Below, piece after piece: positions 59,855-64,000 of a stretch of 64,000 nucleotides of DNA. The position numbers were made by a program, and so were the translations under genes. Under the pieces are notes generated by a model. It was not told the origin of the DNA and did no database searches. It saw nothing but the letters and a program-made list of their open reading frames with translations. How positions within the stretch are numbered: position 1 is the first letter of the stretch; each line of letters begins with the position of its first letter. The DNA comes from an uncultured Cytophagia bacterium (GTDB taxonomy: Bacteria; Zhuqueibacterota; Zhuqueibacteria; Residuimicrobiales; Krinioviventaceae), in NCBI GenBank assembly GCA_964607755.1, contig CAZSMC010000018.1, positions 82 to 64,081 on the forward strand, read 5' to 3'.

Positions 59855-60721
59855 ATGAAAATCTACATTTATTCTACATCCTCGCTCGATGGTGACATCA
59901 ACGAGCGACGCATCCGCCGCACTATGGAACATATCGCTGAAGAGACTGAAACAGCGGACCTTGTGGTTGTGCTTTTTCTGCCAGCTCAGAGCTCATGGAC
60001 AGGTGGCGTCGCCTATGCCAATCACTGGCTGTATCCAAAACACTTTGTGCCATCCCGGGGCAAGTGGGCGCGCCATACCGGGCCGCTTCCCGCTGATTTG
60101 CCGGAGCGTTATAAATTGATCCGCATGTTACTGGTTCCTAAAAGTGCACGCTATCCCAGGCGTGAAACAGACCGGTATCACTGGCAGCATAATTATGCGA
60201 TGTTTTACGATCACCTTGCGCATCTGTTTGCACACGAATTGCACCATTTTCGCCGGTATCATCTGCATTTGCATCCGGGCGAAGGCGAGCACAGCGCCAA
60301 CAAATGGGCTCTGAACCATGTGCAAAAATTGGGTTATCAGGTAACAAGCCAGAAAAAAGTATTCAAAAAGAAAAGACGTGCCGGACATCAGCAGCCTTCT
60401 CTGGCCAAAGTCTTTAATCCGGTCGATTTTGGAGTAGACCATGCGCCGACATCTCTGAACACTGCCCTGGCAAAAATTGCGCTGAACCTGTCTCCTAAAA
60501 AGCAACAAAAATACATAGATGAAAAAATAACGCATTTTGAAGAATTGCGTAGCCTGCCACCCGGAACGCGGCTTTATATTACTTTTGATCCATCTCATAT
60601 ATACGATCAGCAAACAGCGACTCTGGTGCGTCCGATGCGGCGCAATTCTGTCCGTATTGTTATTCGCACGCAAGATGGCAAGGAATGGCGCTGGCCCATG
60701 GCATGGCTGGCACGAACATGA
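59855..60721 (+). CDS. His-rich hypothetical protein with an HExxH motif.
   Basis: The sequence FAHELHHFRRYHLHLHPGEGEH has a zincin-like HExxH followed by an acidic residue. It matches no recognised family and has no signal peptide. Confidence 0.4.
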   Translation: MKIYIYSTSSLDGDINERRIRRTMEHIAEETETADLVVVLFLPAQSSWTGGVAYANHWLYPKHFVPSRGKWARHTGPLPADLPERYKLIRMLLVPKSARYPRRETDRYHWQHNYAMFYDHLAHLFAHELHHFRRYHLHLHPGEGEHSANKWALNHVQKLGYQVTSQKKVFKKKRRAGHQQPSLAKVFNPVDFGVDHAPTSLNTALAKIALNLSPKKQQKYIDEKITHFEELRSLPPGTRLYITFDPSHIYDQQTATLVRPMRRNSVRIVIRTQDGKEWRWPMAWLART

Positions 60722-60811
60722 TGATTTATAAAATTCTCAAAAAATCCTTGCTTCTGGGATGTGATTTGCTATATTTAACTTAATCGATTTCGGCATAATT
60801 ATTTTATTCCC

Positions 60812-61846
60812 ATGAAAAAGAAAAAAGTAACCCTCAAAGACATAGCTGACATCATGGGCATGAGCACGGCTACTATTTCCAAGGCCCTTCGCGATGCTCA
60901 AGACATTTCTAAAGCTACCTCACGCAACGTTAAAAAAGTTGCCACTGATCTTGGATATCGTCCCAATTTAATGGCACGGAGTTTAGTTCAGAGACGATCC
61001 TATATGCTGGGCATTGTGGTTCCGAATTTACGCATTTCCTTCTTTTCTGAAGTCACACGCGGTATTTACGAACATGCCCGCAGCTATAATTACGAATCCA
61101 TTGTGATGGTAAATGACGAAAATCCTGAAAATGAAAAAAGAAATCTGGAATTTTTATCCGACCTGGTTGTAGACGGCATTTTAATCGATGCAGTTCCAGG
61201 CCAGGCCAATACACCTGTCTTTCAGCGTCTTATCAATCAAGGCATTCCCTTTGTTGCCTATGATCGCCTGGTCGATGGCCTTGATTTCAATTCCGTAACC
61301 ATTGACGACGAAAAAGCCTGTTTTAAAGTCGTTCAATTTATGGTGAAAAAAGGCTGCAAAAATATCGTCTTTCTGGGTCCGACTGAAAAACTTTACGTCG
61401 CCAAAGGACGTTATCGCGGCTACCGCCGCGGGTTAGAGCAATTTGGCCTGCCTTATGATCCTCACAAAGTACTGCCCTGCGAACTGGACGCTGACGACGC
61501 TGAAGCTAAAATGATAGCCCTGTTACAATCCGGCATTCCTGTTGATGCTGTCATTTGCGTCGGCGGTCTGGTTGCTTTTGGCGGCGGCAGAGCTATTTTA
61601 AAAAATGGTTATTCCATTCCCGATGATATTTATCTGGCTGAATTTGGGGATAATGATGTGGTTGCCCGGCTGGGTGTCCCGTTCCTGACGGTTTACCAGA
61701 ATCCCTATCAAATGGGAGAAACCGCAGTGGACCTGCTTGTCGATATTATTGAACACGGTGAACCACCACAACCGGTTCATAAAATTATCGAAACAGAACT
61801 GATTTATCATAAAATTGGTCTTGAATGGGAAAAGACAGAATTATAA
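60812..61846 (+). CDS. LacI-family transcriptional regulator.
   Basis: It has the N-terminal HTH (VTLKDIADIMGMSTATISKAL) and a periplasmic-binding-protein-like sugar-binding domain. Confidence 0.85.
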   Translation: MKKKKVTLKDIADIMGMSTATISKALRDAQDISKATSRNVKKVATDLGYRPNLMARSLVQRRSYMLGIVVPNLRISFFSEVTRGIYEHARSYNYESIVMVNDENPENEKRNLEFLSDLVVDGILIDAVPGQANTPVFQRLINQGIPFVAYDRLVDGLDFNSVTIDDEKACFKVVQFMVKKGCKNIVFLGPTEKLYVAKGRYRGYRRGLEQFGLPYDPHKVLPCELDADDAEAKMIALLQSGIPVDAVICVGGLVAFGGGRAILKNGYSIPDDIYLAEFGDNDVVARLGVPFLTVYQNPYQMGETAVDLLVDIIEHGEPPQPVHKIIETELIYHKIGLEWEKTEL

Positions 61847-61959
61847 TTAAATCAGATTTAGATTTTGTTGTTCTCTTTTGATAAAAAACATGCAATGCCG
61901 CCACTGTGAAAATCTACCGAGGTGACGGTTTGTTATTTAAACAGGAGCACGTTTAATAC

Positions 61960-63180
61960 ATGACAGAAGATTACATAATACACGGACGCGCGGTTTTAGA
62001 AGCTGAATTTGGAAAGGAACGCGTAAACAGAACCATTCAAGCCATTAAACAATTTAAAGTTGAAATTCCGAGCTGGGTTTTTGGTCCATTTGGGGGCGGC
62101 AGGTTCGGAGATTACATGCCTCCTGGCGCAGCGCGAAATATCAGAGAAAAGCTGGATGACGCCACCTTTGTGCATCAACTTACCGGAGCCACGCCACAGG
62201 TTGCCATGCACATGCTGTGGGATTTTTCAAATGACCGGTACACCGCTACTGAAGAGCTTGCCCGGGACGTATCGGAATTAGCCCAGGAACGAGGATTGAA
62301 AATCGGCTCTATTAGTCCCACCTATTTTTTAAAAGGCTCAGAGCGAAATTCATACGCTACGATGGAACAGGACACTGCTGAAAGGTACATTGCCCAAACC
62401 GTTTTGGCAGCCGAGATAGCTCAAAAGTATGGAGTCGGGCTCATCACTTTATGGTTTCCGGATGGCTCGAACTATCCGGGACAGGTTGAACTCCGCCAAA
62501 TCTACGAAAACATGAGAACCAATCTTTTAAAAACAGCAGAACAGATAGATAAAAACGTGTGGGTATTGATAGAGTATAAAGTTTTTGAACCTGGCACCTA
62601 CAGCACAACGGTACCGGATTGGGGAACCGCTTTTGCACTGGCCAGGGCCTTTGGCGACAATGCCGGCGTGCTGGTGGATATGGGACATCATTTTCACAGC
62701 GCCAATATTCAGCAGATTGTCGCCCGCCTGATTGCAGAAGACCTGCGCTGCGGATTTCATTTTAATACCCGCTACGCTGCTGACGATGACCACGCTGTCG
62801 AGCCGAATGCAGAAATGGCGCGAATATTTTACGAGCTAGTTTCAGGTGACGTGATCCAGAGTCAAAATCCGCAGCGAAACTGGGCTTATATGATCGATCA
62901 GGCGTGCGGACGTGAAAACCGGATTCAGTCTATTCTGCACTCTGTAGATTCGCTCCAGCATTGTTTGGCAAGAGCCATGCTGGTTAAAACCGATGACATG
63001 CTGGTTCATCAGCGTGAAGATGAGATCATTCTGGCCAATCGTGTGTTCAATGATTCGCTCTTGTACGCAGATGTCCGGCCGCTGGTTGCAGCAGCCCGTC
63101 TCGAAAAAAACCTTCCTGTTGATCCATTAAAAGCTTTTGTAGAAAGCGGATACCAAACGAAAATTGAAAATCAACGCTAA
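61960..63180 (+). CDS. Xylose-isomerase-like TIM-barrel sugar isomerase (L-rhamnose isomerase, short type).
   Basis: It is about 406 aa with the motifs VFGPFGGGRF, WFPDGSNYPGQ and DMGHHFH, which resemble the Rhizobium/Streptomyces-type L-rhamnose isomerase family. Confidence 0.55.
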   Translation: MTEDYIIHGRAVLEAEFGKERVNRTIQAIKQFKVEIPSWVFGPFGGGRFGDYMPPGAARNIREKLDDATFVHQLTGATPQVAMHMLWDFSNDRYTATEELARDVSELAQERGLKIGSISPTYFLKGSERNSYATMEQDTAERYIAQTVLAAEIAQKYGVGLITLWFPDGSNYPGQVELRQIYENMRTNLLKTAEQIDKNVWVLIEYKVFEPGTYSTTVPDWGTAFALARAFGDNAGVLVDMGHHFHSANIQQIVARLIAEDLRCGFHFNTRYAADDDHAVEPNAEMARIFYELVSGDVIQSQNPQRNWAYMIDQACGRENRIQSILHSVDSLQHCLARAMLVKTDDMLVHQREDEIILANRVFNDSLLYADVRPLVAAARLEKNLPVDPLKAFVESGYQTKIENQR

Positions 63181-63220
63181 CTGTTTATAGTAAAAATTTC
63201 ACAAAGTGTGAGTAGAGCAC

Positions 63221-64000
63221 ATGGCACAAAACAAAAAAGCGTTTACCAAACGACTGGATGCACTTTACGAATTTGATCGTGAACCAGTCAAAGAAAAAAA
63301 TCTGCAAGGGCCGGGTAATTTTATCGGATTGTATGCCAGCGAACACGTGGCCGGAACCGAGTTTGTTATCGGCCCGTTGTTCGTTGCTCACGGAGTTACA
63401 GCCACTGATTTATTTTTGGGCCTCTTTCTGGGAAACCTGCTGGCCGTGCTGAGCTGGGCTTTTATATGTGCACCCATTGCTGTAAAATCGCGGCTGAACA
63501 TGTACTGGCACGCCCGCAAAATTGCCGGGCCGGGCGTGATTTTCTTTTACAATATTGTCAATGCGCTCATGTTCTGTTTCCTTGCCGGAGCCATGATTTC
63601 TGTGTCAGCAACCGCTGTGGGATTGCCTTTTGACATGACCATGCCGACCTTGAATGACATGTATCCAAACAGCCTGCAATGGGTTATTGTCGTTTTTCTG
63701 GTCGGATCGTTGGTCACGGTTTTGGCGATTCTTGGATTTGAAAAAATCTCTTATTTCGGCAAAGTCGCTGCGCCGTGGATGTTTCTGGTTTTCGTTGCTG
63801 CGGCTGTTGCTGTGCTGCCCAAACTTGGTGTGCACTCACCCGGTGATTTCTGGCAGGTTGCCAACGAAAAAATCTGGACCGGCGTGCCCGTGGAAGGGCA
63901 ATCCCAGTTCACCATCTGGCATGTAATTTTTTTCTCTTGGTTTGCTAATCTGGCCATGCACATCGGCATGGCGGATATGACGCTTTTGCGCTATGCCCGC
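63221..64000 (+). CDS. Polytopic membrane permease (NCS1/cytosine-purine permease-like), 3'-truncated by the window end.
   Basis: It is an open frame from the ATG at 63221 to the window end. It has six or more TM segments and a GPGNFIGLYASEHVAGTEFVIGP N-terminal region. Confidence 0.45.
   Translation, partial: MAQNKKAFTKRLDALYEFDREPVKEKNLQGPGNFIGLYASEHVAGTEFVIGPLFVAHGVTATDLFLGLFLGNLLAVLSWAFICAPIAVKSRLNMYWHARKIAGPGVIFFYNIVNALMFCFLAGAMISVSATAVGLPFDMTMPTLNDMYPNSLQWVIVVFLVGSLVTVLAILGFEKISYFGKVAAPWMFLVFVAAAVAVLPKLGVHSPGDFWQVANEKIWTGVPVEGQSQFTIWHVIFFSWFANLAMHIGMADMTLLRYAR

Overview
This 64 kb window (about 45% GC, standard genetic code: TAA, TGA and TAG all terminate confident genes) comes from a Gram-negative bacterium. 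Its protein repertoire points to the FCB superphylum: a T9SS C-terminal sorting domain, a DUF4292 plus TPR gene pair, a DUF5916 protein, and dockerin-like secreted glycosidases.

The first ~25 kb is a housekeeping block, mostly on the + strand. It contains a type A RNase P RNA, recJ, ilvE, nusB, a giant 2078-aa secA, smg, a topA-like gene, xerC/D, hpf, hprK, an orphan Man-family PTS EIIA/EIIB pair, proS and era.

- **Envelope block (about 28.3-40.6 kb, minus strand):** GT4, AsnB-like, YfhO, two GT2 genes, a DUF4292 lipoprotein and a TPR protein, followed by pgsA.
- **Distal carbohydrate-active block (about 41-64 kb):** secreted carbohydrate-active enzymes (GH31, a DUF5060/DUF4038 hydrolase, DUF5916), a GHMP kinase, a NodU-type carbamoyltransferase, a LacI regulator, a rhamnose-isomerase-like gene and a permease.

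Features the gene calls do not explain:
- SecA carries about 1100 extra residues in two insertions (PPXD and HWD).
- The TopA homolog in the conserved smg-topA-xerC position appears to have lost the catalytic Tyr/Arg and two of three Toprim acidic residues.
- Two distinct repeat families occur at two copies each. One is a ~230-bp multi-hairpin element upstream of two secreted dockerin-like proteins, with wobble-compatible substitutions that suggest an RNA role. The other is a ~155-bp nested inverted-repeat element whose two direct copies bracket a 3.8-kb segment.
- A tandem 79-bp duplication sits upstream of a Cys/His-rich orphan protein that is coupled to proS.
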